A stretch of 64,000 bases of DNA from the NCBI GenBank assembly GCA_963749915.1, contig CAVVOP010000008.1, forward strand, positions 416,001 to 480,000. Direction: 5' to 3'. The stretch is from an uncultured cyanobacterium (GTDB lineage: Bacteria > Cyanobacteriota > Cyanobacteriia > Cyanobacteriales > Cyanobacteriaceae). Shown one piece after another: positions 19,842-30,202 of this stretch. A program made the translations under genes and the position numbers. The first letter of the stretch is position 1. Each line of letters begins with the position of its first letter. The notes under the pieces were generated by a model that was not told where the DNA came from, did no database searches, and worked only from the letters and a program-made list of their open reading frames with translations.

Positions 19842-21053
19842 ATGAATATCATTCCATCTCACTCTCAAGTGCCACAAATGCAGGAGGAAACTGTACCTAT
19901 TAATCTGAATGACTTTGGTCCGATTTCACTTGTTGTTCTGCAACCGACCTCTTTTTGTAATTTAGACTGTGATTACTGTTATTTACCTGAGCGTCATCTG
20001 CAAAAGCGTTTATCTCTGGACTTAATCGAGCCCATTTTCCAAGCTATCTTTACCAGTCCATTTCTCGGTGACGATTTTGATATTTGCTGGCACGCTGGCG
20101 AACCCTTAACTATGCCCATTAGCTTCTATGAAGCTGCTTTTGCCAAAATCATGGCGACTAATGCACGACATAATCAGAGTGAATTTACCTTTAGTCACTC
20201 ATTTCAAACCAATGGTACTCTCCTGACACAAGCCTGGTGTGATTTCTTCAAACAGCATCCTGTTCATGTGGGCGTTAGTTTAGATGGACCTGCCTTTCTT
20301 CACGATGCCCATCGCCAAAATCGTCAAGGGAAGGGATTGCATCATCTCACCATGCGGGGAATTGATTATTTGCAAGCCAATGAAATATCCTACAGCGTTA
20401 TTGCCGTGATCACCGAAGACTCTCTGGATTATCCCGATGAGATTTTTAACTTTTTTGTAGAACATGGCATCTCAGACGTAGCATTTAATTTTGAAGAAAC
20501 AGAGGGAGTCAATCTTGTATCTTCTCTTGGTTCAGATCCACAGATTGAACAACGCTATCGGCAATTTATTCAGCGGATTTGGGATTTAACCAAGCAGAGT
20601 ACAACAACATTTAGTTTGCGGGAATTTGAGGTGTTAGGCAGTTTAATCTATACAGGCGATCGCCTTCAGAACACTGAAATGAATAAGCCCTTTGCCATCG
20701 TCAATTTCGATACAGAGGGGAATTTTTCCACCTTTGACCCAGAGTTGCTGGGGATAACAGTGAAGCCTTATGGTTCTTTCATTTTAGGCAATGTATTGTG
20801 CGATAGTTTAGCCTCAGTATGTCAAAGTGAGAAATTTTTGCAGATTTATGAAGATCTACAAGTTGGTGTGAATCAATGCCGAGAAACTTGCAGCTATTTT
20901 GGGGTTTGTGGCGGAGGTTCTGGTAGTAACAAATATTGGGAAAATGGTACTTTTCGTTCGGCTCAGACTCAGGCTTGTTACTATAGCATTCAAGTTTTAA
21001 CTGATGTAATTGTTGATGATTTAGAGAAGTATTTAGGACTGGCTACATCTTAG
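19842..21053 (+). CDS. grrM: GrrM/OscB cyclophane-forming radical SAM/SPASM maturase
   Basis: QPTSFCNLDCDYC, WHAGEP, FNFEETEG, STFDPELL and CRETCSYFGVCGGG. Confidence 0.92.
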   Translation: MNIIPSHSQVPQMQEETVPINLNDFGPISLVVLQPTSFCNLDCDYCYLPERHLQKRLSLDLIEPIFQAIFTSPFLGDDFDICWHAGEPLTMPISFYEAAFAKIMATNARHNQSEFTFSHSFQTNGTLLTQAWCDFFKQHPVHVGVSLDGPAFLHDAHRQNRQGKGLHHLTMRGIDYLQANEISYSVIAVITEDSLDYPDEIFNFFVEHGISDVAFNFEETEGVNLVSSLGSDPQIEQRYRQFIQRIWDLTKQSTTTFSLREFEVLGSLIYTGDRLQNTEMNKPFAIVNFDTEGNFSTFDPELLGITVKPYGSFILGNVLCDSLASVCQSEKFLQIYEDLQVGVNQCRETCSYFGVCGGGSGSNKYWENGTFRSAQTQACYYSIQVLTDVIVDDLEKYLGLATS

Positions 21054-21098
21054 AAATGAGAATTAAATAAAAAAGATTTGCATGCGATCGCCATCAAA

Positions 21099-21378
21099 TT
21101 AAAAATCTAGTTCAACGACCCCTCCACGTTGGAAAGTTAGATCAGAATAAGTAATACCATACTGTTTTAAATACATCTGTTCTCTTTGTTCAAATTGCTT
21201 AATTTGTCTTTTCTTTAAGGCTTCATATTGAGCAATACGAGACTCATTTATACCTTCAGATAACAGAAACTCACGATATTCTTGTTTCATCGTTCCATCT
21301 TCATGGTAATTTCGTTTATCGATCAGACGGAGTCTGGCGCTGCGCGATCGGACTCCAAAAATCTGATGCTTTAGCCAT
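21099..21378 (-). pseudogene. Small hypothetical gene (84 aa when restored) frameshifted by a 25-bp insertion
   Basis: AAGGAGG RBS and ATG at 21378. Deleting 21325-21349 gives the continuous MAKASDFWSPIDKRNYHEDGTMKQEYREF... Confidence 0.75.
21321..21349. repeat. 21-bp GC-rich micro-element flanked by a duplicated GATC (SDR5-like)
   Basis: GATC-AGACGGAGTCTGGCGCTGCGC-GATC; the reverse strand shares GATCGCGCAGCGCC with the 3318 element. Confidence 0.8.
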
Positions 21379-21395
21379 TTTTACCTCCTTAATTT

Positions 21396-22446
21396 TTACA
21401 GCATTTGAACTTCTTTAGATCCTTTAGCTCTCCTATTATTCCTAATGCTAACTTGCGCTGATGCGAAACGAGCAGATGATTTAGCCCATGCATGCTCTTA
21501 ATCCAGCTATTTTCTCTTTTTCCCGAATCGCTAAAGGTACAGTTGATTTGATTGCTCGTTCAATATCTTCATACTGAATATTAGGATAGCGATCGTCATC
21601 AAAACAAGCGATTGCAACATCGTCAACTATACCAGCTAATTCCGCACCACTAAAATTATCAGCCAATTGAGCTAATGCTTCTAACTCTTGGTCAGTTAGA
21701 ATAACATCGTGACGGGTTAGATGCAATGCCAATATCTCACTACGTTCTGCTTGATGGGGCAAATCGACGAAAAAGATTTCATCAAATCTACTTTTGCGAG
21801 ATAATTCTGGAGGTAAAGAAGATATATCATTAGCCGTTGCCACAACGAATACCGGTGCTTTATGCTCACTCATCCACGTAAGGAATTGACCGAATACTCT
21901 TTGAGAGACACCATTATCATTTGCACCGCTACTACCAGCCAGACCTTTTTCAATCTCATCCATCCACAAAACACAAGGGGCAACGGCTTCCGCTGTTTTC
22001 AGGAGCTGACGCATATTTTTCTCTGATTCACCTACCAGTGAATTGTAGATATTACCCATATCGAGCTTGAGAATGGGAATACTCCACATTTGCCCGATCG
22101 TCTTGGCAACTAAACTTTTGCCAGTACCAGGTACACCCACAAGCATGATTCCTTTAGGTGATGGTAATTTGGAGTTACTTAATTGTTCAGAAAACAATTT
22201 AGAGCGTTGATTAATCCATTGTTTGAGATTATCTAATCCACCTACTGCCATATCAGGTGGTTCACTAAATTCTACCTGTAGTTTACGTAATTTATTTATT
22301 TTTAACTGGCTGACTCTCTGGTAACAATTTTCAGTGATACCTTGATCTGCAACTGCCGATAATCTGATGGCATCTCTAATTTCTTCGATCGTCAACCCCT
22401 GAGATGATCTGATTAACTTCTCTCCCTCTGGAGTATTTAGGTCTAG
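21396..22446 (-). pseudogene. Ycf46-like AAA ATPase, 5'-truncated by an IS and 3'-frameshifted
   Basis: VGGLDNLKQW, GVPGTGKS, LWMDEIEK and VATAN. CATGCATG (21487-21494) breaks LRAWAKSSARFAS. Confidence 0.8.
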
Positions 22447-22690
22447 GGAATCTCGAAAAATATAAAATACTTTAAAAAGGTTACAAGTCCGAGATATTTT
22501 TGAGGAGTCTAAAATTGACAGAAGGAGTCGTCCGCTTATAAACTGAGGCCAGGAAAATTGAGAGTTAGAACCAATGAATCAATTTAAGGGGGAACCTTTT
22601 CAAGCCAGACTAGAAAAACTCAATCAACAGAAAGACTTTCTCCATCGACTCAATCAGATAATTCCCTGGGAAGAATTTAGACCCTTCTCG
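22447..22690 (+). mobile_element. Left end and N-terminal fragment of an IS5-family transposase
   Basis: Starts after CTAG where the AAA gene is cut; ATG 22574 MNQFKGEPFQARLEKLNQQKDFLHRLNQIIPWEEFRP. Confidence 0.65.
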
Positions 22691-22776
22691 GACATTGTGT
22701 GGAGAGAGGACAAAAAATATCGCTTAATATTAAAATAAGTAGCTGTATTTCAAGCTACCTTTGAGAGTGAAGTTAA

Positions 22777-23124
22777 TTACGGATTAGGGAAAAATACAAC
22801 TTTACCGATAATTCCGAGTAATCCTGTCACCAAAACTCCGACAATACCAAAAAATCCTATAGTCATAGTATTTAAGCGATTCTCGACATTATCAAGTCTT
22901 TTAACTATTTGCTCATTTTGGGTTTTAATCTTCTCTACATCAATGTTGACAACTGTTAAATCGTTTTGAACACGATCAATTTTCTTATCAAGTAATTCAA
23001 ACTTGGAATCTATTTTTTGATTTAGGTGGTCAAATTTTGAGTTTATTTTCTCGTCTAATTTATCGATTTTTGCGTCAATCTTATTGAGTACATCGATTAA
23101 ATTAACTTCTATTGTTTGAGTCAT
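22777..23124 (-). CDS. Small coiled-coil protein with C-terminal transmembrane helix (cyanobacterial multicopy type)
   Basis: KID/KFD heptad repeats followed by GFFGIVGVLVTGLLGII. Confidence 0.7.
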   Translation of the reverse strand: MTQTIEVNLIDVLNKIDAKIDKLDEKINSKFDHLNQKIDSKFELLDKKIDRVQNDLTVVNIDVEKIKTQNEQIVKRLDNVENRLNTMTIGFFGIVGVLVTGLLGIIGKVVFFPNP

Positions 23125-24044
23125 GTTAAAATTCCCATTAAGATGTTTACAAATATTTAGTTAGGAGTAGGTTAGCCTCTACTTCTAACTAAAATTTTAC
23201 TCTACTATTAACTATTAGACATCTCCAAAAATTTATGATTCTTTCATTATAAGCATTTGAAACCTTTTTACTCCTAGGGCGATCGCCGGCTCTTAATCCT
23301 GTTATTTCGTCAAAAATCAAGAAAAATACAATTTTGATGAAAAAATATGGGTTAACAGAACATCAATTATTTCTCCCGTTTCACTCGTTTTCCGATGTTC
23401 AATTATTAAAGTTCCCATTCTTAATCTTACCAAACCACAAACGCTCAAAAAAACTGATTCATATTCCTCTTTTTTTAGTCTAAATCTTTCTCCCATAACC
23501 TTAAATATTTTGATTATTCTAATTAGATGCTCTACAAATATATCTGCATTTTCCCTCCAAATAGTTATGTCAGCTTTTGGTCCTAGTTCTCCTCCTACTA
23601 CATCTACTATATCTTCCCCTTTTGGCAAACAAATTACTTGATTTTTAAAAGTCTGCATTTTTTTCTTTCCTGAATAATGCTTTTTTTGTTCTTCATAGTC
23701 TAGACTTCTTTCTATTTCTTGTTCTTCTGTATCTACTATGAGCTCATAATTAGTTAAGATTTTTTTGATTTCTTCTAGACTATCCTCGAACTTTTTTACT
23801 TGTTCTCGTAAGGAAGAAGGTAAGGCTAATTCTAATAATTTTTGCCATTTATGAAACACATTATTAGCAGTACTTTCACTCACTTTAAACATTAATGCTA
23901 ATAACTGAAAATTAAGATGGTGTCTCAGATAAACCAAAGTCATAATTATTTGTTCTTCTTTACTTATTTTTTCATCCCTTCCACCTCCTACTTTATTAAT
24001 TCTTATCTTCTTTTGTTCTTGTTTTTGATTCTCTTGTTCTTCTA

Positions 24045-25155
24045 TAGCAGTCCTAAATAGCTTGTGGCATAATTCCATATTCATAAAGTTTAGGGAAATC
24101 AAATATTTGACCGTCCATAAAAAACTTAAATAGCCATTTTACTACTTTAAAAGATTTGCATAAATGATGGAATTCTCTGAGAAAACTTTTTCCTTGTAAC
24201 CAAACGTCTTCTACCGGGTTTTGTTCTGGAGCATTAGGGGCAAATTTTGTACAGATTATTTGCCATTCTTCCTCTGATAAATCTTGATTAATATCATTTA
24301 AGTATTCTCTAAATTCCTTCGAATCATGATAAGTTGCCCCGTCCCAAAATATTGCTAATTTTTTCCCTGGTCTTTGCTTTTGTAAATACTTGATAAAATT
24401 GATAGTATTTTCTGTATTTCCAGTTTCATATTCTTTCACAATAAATTCTTTTGTTTGATAATCCAATGCTCCATAATATGTTTGTCTACTTTTTTCATTT
24501 TTTATCGGAATTTCTATTCTAATATCTGTTCTTCCCCAAACATATCCTAAAATGTCTCCCCAGAGAAGATGGCATTCATCAATCATAAACATAGCTAGCT
24601 TTCCTGCTTCTATTTCTGGTTTCCATTTTTCTAACATTTCCTGAATTTCTTTTTTTTTGGCTTCCACTAATTCATCATTCCTTGCTGGATTCTTTTTTTG
24701 AGTTTTTTTCCAACTTATTCGTGCTTCTTTTAATAAACTATAATAACCTTGATCGGATTCAAAAATAATATTATACTCCTGGTGTAAGTAAAGTTTTAAA
24801 TCTGATAGTCTCAGGTATTCTTTTTCTCTTAACCAATGTATAACTTCTTGTTTTTCTTCAGCTTTTAAGTAATTTTTACGTCCTTTATATTTAACTCTTA
24901 AGTTTTCCACTCCTTCAAATATTGCACAATTTGTCCACTTACTTATAAACTGATGTGATACACCCAATAAATTTTTTATTTTAGAAAAATGGTTTCCTTG
25001 CAACTTCATTTTTACCGCTAAAGCTCTTTTAATTTCTCGAGCATCTTTTGTTTGATTGATAAAATGCTCTAACTCATCTAAAGTACTCATTGTTATTCTT
25101 TCTATTTTGGTTTTAGGCTAATATTATATCTGCCACAACTCAAATAGGATTGCTA
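24045..25155 (-). mobile_element. IS630-family element, apparently intact
   Basis: Imperfect IRs TAGCAGTCCTAAATAGCTTGTGGCA / TGCCACAACTCAAATAGGATTGCTA; TA duplication at 24043-44 and 25156-57; empty site TTGCTAGAAG visible in copy 1. Confidence 0.92.
24053..25090 (-). CDS. IS630 transposase
   Basis: HTH N-terminus and the IDECH / WDGATYH / PEQNPVE DDE triad in a single frame. Confidence 0.92.
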   Translation of the reverse strand: MSTLDELEHFINQTKDAREIKRALAVKMKLQGNHFSKIKNLLGVSHQFISKWTNCAIFEGVENLRVKYKGRKNYLKAEEKQEVIHWLREKEYLRLSDLKLYLHQEYNIIFESDQGYYSLLKEARISWKKTQKKNPARNDELVEAKKKEIQEMLEKWKPEIEAGKLAMFMIDECHLLWGDILGYVWGRTDIRIEIPIKNEKSRQTYYGALDYQTKEFIVKEYETGNTENTINFIKYLQKQRPGKKLAIFWDGATYHDSKEFREYLNDINQDLSEEEWQIICTKFAPNAPEQNPVEDVWLQGKSFLREFHHLCKSFKVVKWLFKFFMDGQIFDFPKLYEYGIMPQAI

Positions 25156-25354
25156 TAGCAATTTTAGATATTTCCCTAAATCTTGCAACTGATCATAATT
25201 AATACCTAATAGTCTTTTAGTTTCTTGGGGATGGCTCTGAATATAGTTCCAAGTATAATTATTCATTGTTTTTGATATTTTTTACCTCAGAAGTTAAAGT
25301 TATTATACTAATTTTCTGATATTATTATATTTTGGAGATGTCTAATAAAGTTAA

Positions 25355-25538
25355 TTATTTAATTGATAGATAAGTTAATTTTTCTCCTAGTTCTGCATAC
25401 TTCAAGGCTTCGGAGTCACCATTAATTACTGCTTCTTTAAGTGCCTTTTTATCTACTTCTATTGTTACCTTCTGGTATTGTTGAGGATAGCTTTTAGCAT
25501 CTTCTCTGATTGAGATACACTTCTGTGACTTCTTATAA
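25355..25538 (-). pseudogene. C-terminal fragment of a siphovirus Gp157-like protein
   Basis: YPQQYQKVTIEVDKKALKEAVING...AELGEKLTYLSIK; 5' part cut at the IS1634 inverted repeat. Confidence 0.55.
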
Positions 25539-27114
25539 CCCACATTCCGCACGTCAAACTGTATAAATTCAGATTACGAGGTTAGAGGTTGAACAGTGAT
25601 TGACTACGACAAGAAATACTCAGTGATTAGTTCTCTAGCTTATAAAGAGAACTCAGATAAATTAGTAGAAAAATGAGCAACGTTCCATTAATCATTTAGG
25701 ATTAATTGCTTTTTTATCTAGTAATGTAAAATATATAGGAATAGCTCGTTGATTATAAACTAAACTTACCATCAATATATTAATATTTTGCCACTGTGTT
25801 CTATCAATTACGAAATAGATGACTTTTTTCGATTCCCAATTATTAATAATCCCTGATTTTAAAATGGGAAACCAGATAGTTTCAATTTTCCAATTTTCCA
25901 GACTTAGAAATCGTTGTAACTTTTTAATTCTACTTCTTAATTTAATCGGATAAGGAAAAAGTTTTGCCATTTCTTCTAACCTGACAGTTTTAAGATTTTG
26001 AAGTAAGTTAACTAAAAGACAAAGAGTTAAATATTGAGGTAAATTAAACTGCTTTTTTAAATTATCCTGATAATATTGAGGAAGTTGAAACATTTTTTTC
26101 TATGGCAATTAATATAAAAACTGAAAATATCTTATCTTTATCCAGATTAGCATGTTCAATCCCTTATAGAATCGTCTGTTTAGCTTCATTGTCGCCCCCT
26201 CAGTGGAGTTATAGATGAAATTGGGATTGAAGAAATTATTAACGATGCCCTCGGTATTGACGAGAGGGAAATCGTGACAGCAGGTCAAATAGTCAAAGCA
26301 ATTATTCTGAACGGATTAGGATTTATTTCTCGACCTCTTTATCTATTTCCACAGTTTTTTAAAGACAAAGCCACAGAACATTTAATCGGAAAGTGAATTA
26401 AATAATCACCAGAAAAAATCGAAAAAGAAAGGAGAAAAATCAGGAAAAATTCACAAAATTATGGCGGTGATAGAATCAGATTTAATCAAAATAAATGAAT
26501 TAGAAAAAAGAGCAGGAAGATTTGTGTTGGCAACAAACAGATTGGATAAAAGTAAATTTAGTTCAAATGAAATTCTAATAAAATATAAAGAGCAACAAGC
26601 AGCAGAGAGAAGTTTTGGCTTTCTCAAAGATCCATTATTTTTTGCAGATAGTGTGTTTTTAAAAAGTCCAAAAAGAATAGAAACAATGGCAATGTGTTTT
26701 TGGGATTATGCCTGTTAGTATATTCTTTAGGGCAAAGAGAAATACGTCGCTTATTAAAAGAGAAAAAAATCGGAATAAAAAATCAATTAGGAAAACTAAC
26801 GGAACGTCCGACGTTAAGATGGATATTTCAAAGTTTTCAAGGAATTCATTTAGTAATAAATAGAGGAAAAGAACAGATAGTAAATCTAACAAATGAACGA
26901 AAACTAATTTTAAGTTTTTTCCCAATTTCTTGTCATAATTATTATATTTTATCTGGATAACTTGATAACTTATTGGATTTAAGAGTCTAAATATTCTCAA
27001 TTATAATACCATAAATAAAGAAGATATTGAGTATTATTACTTATATTTTGTCCAAAATAAGTTGCTTGGTTTTAATACTTTTATCATCTTACAAAGTGAC
27101 GTGCGGAATGTGGG
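25539..27114 (+). mobile_element. Degenerate IS1634-family element
   Basis: 18-bp IR CCCACATTCCGCACGTCA / TGACGTGCGGAATGTGGG; fragments NHLGLIA|GVIDEIG, AIILNGLGF, GRFVLATN, YKEQQAAERSFGFLKDP and PTLRWIFQ. Confidence 0.88.
25711..26203 (-). mobile_element. Truncated IS4-family element nested in IS1634
   Basis: End CTGAGGGGGCGACAA; ORF with KKLQRFLS, VIDRTQW and RAIPIYF, cut after LDKK; it splits the IS1634 HLGLIA|GVIDE. Confidence 0.8.
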
Positions 27115-27297
27115 ATGACAATACCAAATCTCCTCTGGTAGAACCACAACCATTGGTCCGCTGCCGCACTTCCCAAAGCACCCAGTGCTCTGAACCACAA
27201 CATCCGATGGAGCCTGAGACTGGAAGGCTTTTAACACTGCGGTTGCTCCTTGCCGAGGACAAGTTTCATGCTGACAAACCAAAATCGTTCTAGACAT
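27115..27297 (-). pseudogene. Thioredoxin-like [2Fe-2S] ferredoxin, 3'-truncated by IS1634
   Basis: VCQHETC...TGCFGKCGSGPMVVVLPEEIWY, then the IS inverted repeat. Confidence 0.8.
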
Positions 27298-27420
27298 TAG
27301 ACTTCTCCAGAAATTATAGTTAGATGAACATAAAACAGTAAAAAACTATAAAAATTGAGGTTTTATAAACTGCACAGATGATAGGTTGTATGGGGTTCAA
27401 TGAGGAAAACTCGTCCCCAA
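27298..27420. mobile_element. Orphan IS end related to the ISL2-like inverted repeat
   Basis: TAGACTTCTCCAGAAA versus TAGACATCTCCAAAAA (2 mismatches in 16), abutting the ferredoxin ATG. Confidence 0.4.
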
Positions 27421-27423
27421 ATT

Positions 27424-27600
27424 TTAACGAAAGCGATCAACATATTCTTTTGAGAACTTTAAACCAGCTCCTGTTAAATCCATTACTTTCTTCATAGCAC
27501 CAACAACATCTCCACTCTTTACTATGGTGGCAATTTCCAATTCTAATTCAGGAGGAAGTTCTACTTTTCCTGTCTTCTTATCATATGGATACTTTGTCAT
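27424..27600 (-). CDS. 58-aa protein with a ribosomal L7/L12 C-terminal-like motif (not in the ORF track)
   Basis: MTKYPYDKKTGKVELPPELELEIATIVKSGDVVGAMKKVMDLTGAGLKFSKEYVDRFR*. Confidence 0.55.
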   Translation of the reverse strand: MTKYPYDKKTGKVELPPELELEIATIVKSGDVVGAMKKVMDLTGAGLKFSKEYVDRFR

Positions 27601-27748
27601 TTTATAAGTCTCTTAATATAAAGAAAAAGAATACTTGCTACATCACTTACTATTGTATCGAAGGCACAGTATAACTTCCAACAATAGAAAATCAAAAAGT
27701 GATCACTCTTGATAGTGGTCTTTAGTTGTGACCGTCGAGTGGTCAATT

Positions 27749-28273
27749 TCATGATAATGAATAATTACTATTCTCATCAAAAAACCATCCTTTACCTTCT
27801 GGGTCTTTTGATTTCGTCCATTCTATATATTCTTCTTTCGTTATCTTATTATCTCTAAATTTCTTTTTATATTGATTTATTGCACCTCTGGAGACATTAA
27901 ATCTTTTAGCTAATTCTGTTGTATTTAATTCTATTCGCTCAAGGTTATCTGATAAGCGATCGCTTTCTAATTCTATATTTTCAGATGATTTTTTCTGTTT
28001 CTTTTCAGGTATGCTACTTGATAGTTTACTAAGTGTATTAACTAATTCTTTTAATTCTTGTACTTCTTTTTTAAGCTGTTCAAATTCAACTAAAGTAACA
28101 CCACCAATCCAAGTTTTTTTAATAAGTAAAGTTTCTTCAAGCCCAAAATATTCAGCAATAATCACGTTTAATGCTCTTGAGCAATTAAGATTATTTTCCT
28201 TACAAAATTGGTCAAATCTTTCGTAAAGTTCGGGAATTATATATCCTGCTACCCTTTCATTTTCAGTAGTCAT
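27749..28273 (-). CDS. Putative DNA-binding protein (RHH-like N-terminus, coiled coil, HTH-like C-terminus)
   Basis: RVAGYIIPELYERFDQFC...SRALNVIIAEYF; TELAKRFNVSRGAI; WTKSKDPEGKGW. Confidence 0.55.
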   Translation of the reverse strand: MTTENERVAGYIIPELYERFDQFCKENNLNCSRALNVIIAEYFGLEETLLIKKTWIGGVTLVEFEQLKKEVQELKELVNTLSKLSSSIPEKKQKKSSENIELESDRLSDNLERIELNTTELAKRFNVSRGAINQYKKKFRDNKITKEEYIEWTKSKDPEGKGWFFDENSNYSLS

Positions 28274-28484
28274 TATATATTGAGTAAATTAATAGCGTAT
28301 TAATATTATCATGAAGAATATGTTACTAAGTATTTTTATGGTATGCTACTTTTTCACAACAAGTCTAATGAAAAAGTTTTTGTCATAAAGAGCACACCAA
28401 AGTTGCACCTACAGCAGTCAGGCTACGCCAGCCCTGTGCGATCGCATCGAGGTACATTTGTGAGTTAGACTAAATCTTTGATTA

Positions 28485-29865
28485 CTAAACAATGCCCACT
28501 ACCTGTTTGGAGAAAGTTGTTCGTTTTCTTTGGACAATTAAGGGAACACCACCAGCAGGGGCAATAGCTAAACCTCGACGCTGTGGTTCTACCAATTTAT
28601 TGCTCGCCAAAGTTAGTTCGTATTGAGAGATTATAGATGCCAAAACTAGCTTCATTTCTAATTCAGCTAAAGCATATCCCAAACAGCGACGATTTCCTCC
28701 ACCAAAAGGAAAGTATTCATAACCAGAAAATTGTCTTTCTAAAAAACGTTCTGGCTTAAATTTTTCTGGCTCTGGATATAAATCTTCTCGATAATGAACC
28801 AGATAAATACTAGGAGTTAGCCAAGTTTCTGGCTCAAATTGATATCCCATAATTTTCATGGCTGTTTTCGTAATCCGAGGGAAAATAATTGGAATTACTG
28901 GATACATACGTAAAACTTCTTGACAAACAGCATTGAGATAGGGAAGTTTGGCTATTTCTAAAGGTTCCAGATTTTTTCCTTGTTGCTCAAATTCCTCAGA
29001 CAATTTTTGCAGAACAGAAGGATGTCCGAGAAGCTCATAAAAAGCCCAAGCCATCATAGTAGCAGTCGTTTCGTGACCAGCAAACAATAAAGTTAATAAC
29101 TCGTCTTTTAATTCAGCATTGGTTAATGTCTTTCCTGTTTCATCTTTGGCTGCCATCATTAAACTGAGAACATCATTCCCAATTTGGTTGCCTCCCGAAT
29201 GTCTTTCATCAATTTCCTCTTGTAATAGCTCATAAATTTGTCTTTGACGATTCTTTTATTCGTCCCCAAGGACTCCAAGTTCCCCAATCTTGTTGCAAAA
29301 ATTTCAGAAACAGAAAGCTAGAACGTAATGGGGAATCTGTTGCATCCAACATTTCAGCTAGTAACGGTTTAATTTTTTGATATCGTTTTCCCTCCGAAAT
29401 CCCAAAGACTACTTGTAAAATAACTTCTAAACTTATATCTTGCATTGCCTTACGTGCAATGATACGTTGATTTTCTTGCCACTGACTAGCTACTTGGGTA
29501 GCAATATCGCAGATTGATTGTGCGTATAATTGCAAACTTTGCCCATGAAAAGGAGGCATTAATAATTTTCGTTCTCGTTGATGACGCTCACCATCGTATA
29601 AAAACAGAGAATTTTCTCCCACAAGAGGCTCAACTAGGTAATTAGAACGCCCAACGTCGAAATTTTTAGGATTTTGATTGAAAATTTCTTTTATTCCTAC
29701 TGGGTTTCCGATGAACACAAAGGGAGAAAAACCATTCATCTTCAAAGTAAAAATATCTCCATAACGCTGGGCACATTCTTTCTGATACATTAAAGGATCT
29801 TGTATCCAGCGTATTAACTGCCACCAAGAAGGACTATTCGGACCGTTAGGTAATTTATTGATCAT
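28485..29865 (-). pseudogene. Cytochrome P450 (CYP110-like), +1 frameshift
   Basis: AGHETT, EVLR, PERF and [10 protein letters not shown]. One extra base in ATAAAAGAAT (~29252-29260) separates WGRIK from [10 protein letters not shown]. Confidence 0.85.
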
Positions 29866-30202
29866 TTACTTGATTTACTTTTTACAATACTTAGTGTATT
29901 ACTTTTTTATTATTAGTTTGAAAGTAAAGCCACCCGAATATTGTACCTATAATTAAAGGTAGTTTATTAAGATTTCATCACCCATAATTTATCATTCAGA
30001 TAACGTTAGGCAATTATACTGACTATCTATAGATTTATCTTGCTTGAGTTGTTCAATTTATTTTGTGTTGTCAGGTTCAATAGCCACAAAACCGTCTTTT
30101 ATCTCATACCATTTTTTTATATATTGCTTAACCCCAAACAGTATCGTTACTATTCACTGTTAATAAGCTATAATTGTAGGACTATGCTCAATTCTAAAAA
30201 TA

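Larger units (their letters stand above)
23216..25344 (-). mobile_element. IS5-family (ISL2-like) element, copy 2, interrupted by IS630
   Basis: Same inverted repeats and same internal deletion as 2373-3419; only a few SNPs differ. Confidence 0.9.

Noticed and set aside
23317..24102. 261-aa ORF as an independent transposase
   Set aside because: Chimeric: its start lies in the IS630 end and reads into the interrupted ISL2-like gene
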